Shown here piece after piece: positions 62,659 to 64,000 of a stretch of 64,000 bases of DNA (positions within the stretch are counted from its first letter, which is position 1; each line of letters starts with the position of its first letter). The notes beneath the pieces were generated by a model. The model had not been told where the DNA came from. It made no database searches and saw only the letters and a program-made list of their open reading frames with translations. The DNA comes from Phoronis australis (taxonomy: Eukaryota; Animalia; Phoronida). The position numbers were made by a program, and so were the translations under genes. Location: assembly GCA_002633005.1 (NCBI GenBank), contig NMRA01000094.1:395067-459066 (forward strand). The letters are read 5' to 3'.

Positions 62659-64000
62659 TGTTAGTTCGCTCAAAGACAACGCAAACGTCCCTATCAAGGG
62701 ATTATATTCGCCAGCACAATAAAAGCAAACGGTCTACCAACATGGACGCTCTGGAACGCTCCTCCAGCTAGTGGGGAGAGGTGAAACACCATAGACGCCT
62801 GGCGGCTAATACAAAGCTTAACACCAACACTCACTCCTTTTTCTTTTATGATAAGGATGGCAGTAAAAAGTGGGTAAATATATGAACAGAAAAACTTAAT
62901 GTAAAAACTAACTAAACTAATGTGAAAGTCTATAACTGTCCGGTTTGAATAGCATTACGTATGTTCACAGACGAAGCACCACGCTTCGTCATACAGTTCG
63001 CTAACTGCTGATGACCAGGACACCACTTGATATAGTTTACATCCTTGGTTTGTAACGATTGTCTTATCGCACTAATGTCAAGCCGCAAGCGTTTATCGTC
63101 AACCAACTTGGTCGAATGAACGGCTTCGACAACACTCTTATTGTCCACGAATGCGACAATGGGAATTGATTTTGGAGGCAATCCCAACAAATCTTCCAGT
63201 AAACTGCGCAAATAGATGGCGTCCTCCAATGCTTCCTCCAAACTGAGGGCTTCAGCCGCGATAGTGGACCGCACCACCCGTTTTATCTTGTTGGCCACCC
63301 ATGATAGGGGGCAACATTTATTGTTATCGCCCTCAATAAAGATAATGTGCGCGCCAACACTGCTTACACCATCGCAAAGATTCGCATGACCAGCGTCGCT
63401 AAAAACAGTCAATTGCCAGTCACTCACGGGGCCTAGATTAGGAAACTTCACAAATGAATCACAGTCTTTCAGTCTTTTTACTACTTTCAAAGCTCGCTTG
63501 AGATCACCAACATTGGCAGTTTTGAACTTCATGCTCAACTCGATCAGATCATACGCCAGGTCCGGTCGGGAGCCCTGTACGGCCCAATTCAAACTCCCGA
63601 CGATACTTCTTAACAGGGTTTGTTCGTTCGTGTTCAACATGTCACTTTTGTGATTAAATCTTTCAGGAGGAACGTCAATCATTTCCAAATCGCGAGCATA
63701 GTCGCCTTGATCCAGAACAATACTCCCGTCAGTTTGCTTTACATGAAAACCGATATATTTGAAATGGCCGCCTTCCTCTAGCTTTCCAGCCGTAAAGCGT
63801 TCGCGCAAACGAGCCATGACCAACATGTCAAACCAGTTCTCGCCGCAATGCAAAAAATCGTCAATGTGACTGCATAACATACCTATTAGTCGACCGTCCT
63901 TGCGGAAAGTAAACAGGGCGGGATCATGGGATGACTGCGTACAACCCAACTTCTGCAGCTCTTCACACACGCTCTCAAAGAATTGACGAGCAGCATCATT
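62659..64000 (-). mobile_element. Ty1/copia LTR retrotransposon, 3' end (GalEa-like), truncated by window edge
   Basis: RT-RNaseH ORF, then purine tract AAAAGAAAAAGGAGTGAG, then a putative 171-bp 3' LTR TGTTGG...CTAACA (62829-62659). Confidence 0.85.
62930..64000 (-). CDS. Copia polyprotein C-terminus: reverse transcriptase and RNase H (partial)
   Basis: Open frame to the window edge: DPALF, HIDDFL (RT catalytic), SRPDL, FSDAG, STIAAE, DNKS, DKRLRLDI, QLANCMTK. Confidence 0.92.
   Translation of the reverse strand, partial: NDAARQFFESVCEELQKLGCTQSSHDPALFTFRKDGRLIGMLCSHIDDFLHCGENWFDMLVMARLRERFTAGKLEEGGHFKYIGFHVKQTDGSIVLDQGDYARDLEMIDVPPERFNHKSDMLNTNEQTLLRSIVGSLNWAVQGSRPDLAYDLIELSMKFKTANVGDLKRALKVVKRLKDCDSFVKFPNLGPVSDWQLTVFSDAGHANLCDGVSSVGAHIIFIEGDNNKCCPLSWVANKIKRVVRSTIAAEALSLEEALEDAIYLRSLLEDLLGLPPKSIPIVAFVDNKSVVEAVHSTKLVDDKRLRLDISAIRQSLQTKDVNYIKWCPGHQQLANCMTKRGASSVNIRNAIQTGQL

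Overview
This is eukaryotic, AT-rich, intron-rich DNA, probably from a marine invertebrate such as a lophotrochozoan (inference from gene structure and transposon content). The left 36.6 kb holds the 5' part of a minus-strand VPS13D gene. I traced 33 coding exons by hand; all have GT-AG boundaries and consistent phase, totalling about 7.57 kb or 2,520 codons. The gene continues off the left edge. The introns and the upstream 27 kb are dense with mobile DNA and young minisatellites. The most notable element is a complete 539-bp miniature LTR retrotransposon (TRIM) whose LTRs carry a tRNA-like Pol III promoter, with a tRNA-Ser PBS, a PPT and a 4-bp TSD (43865-44403). Other highlights: an intronic Helentron/HINE-like element carrying a phased array of CTCF-like motifs; two adjacent Academ (XPG-type) DNA transposon relics, one a 3.7-kb foldback built from two 3' ends; a minisatellite grown out of a splice acceptor; a solo LTR with a 5-bp TSD; a three-level nest of DNA elements; and the intact 3' end of a Ty1/copia element at the right edge. 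Coordinates were read by eye and no database searches were run.
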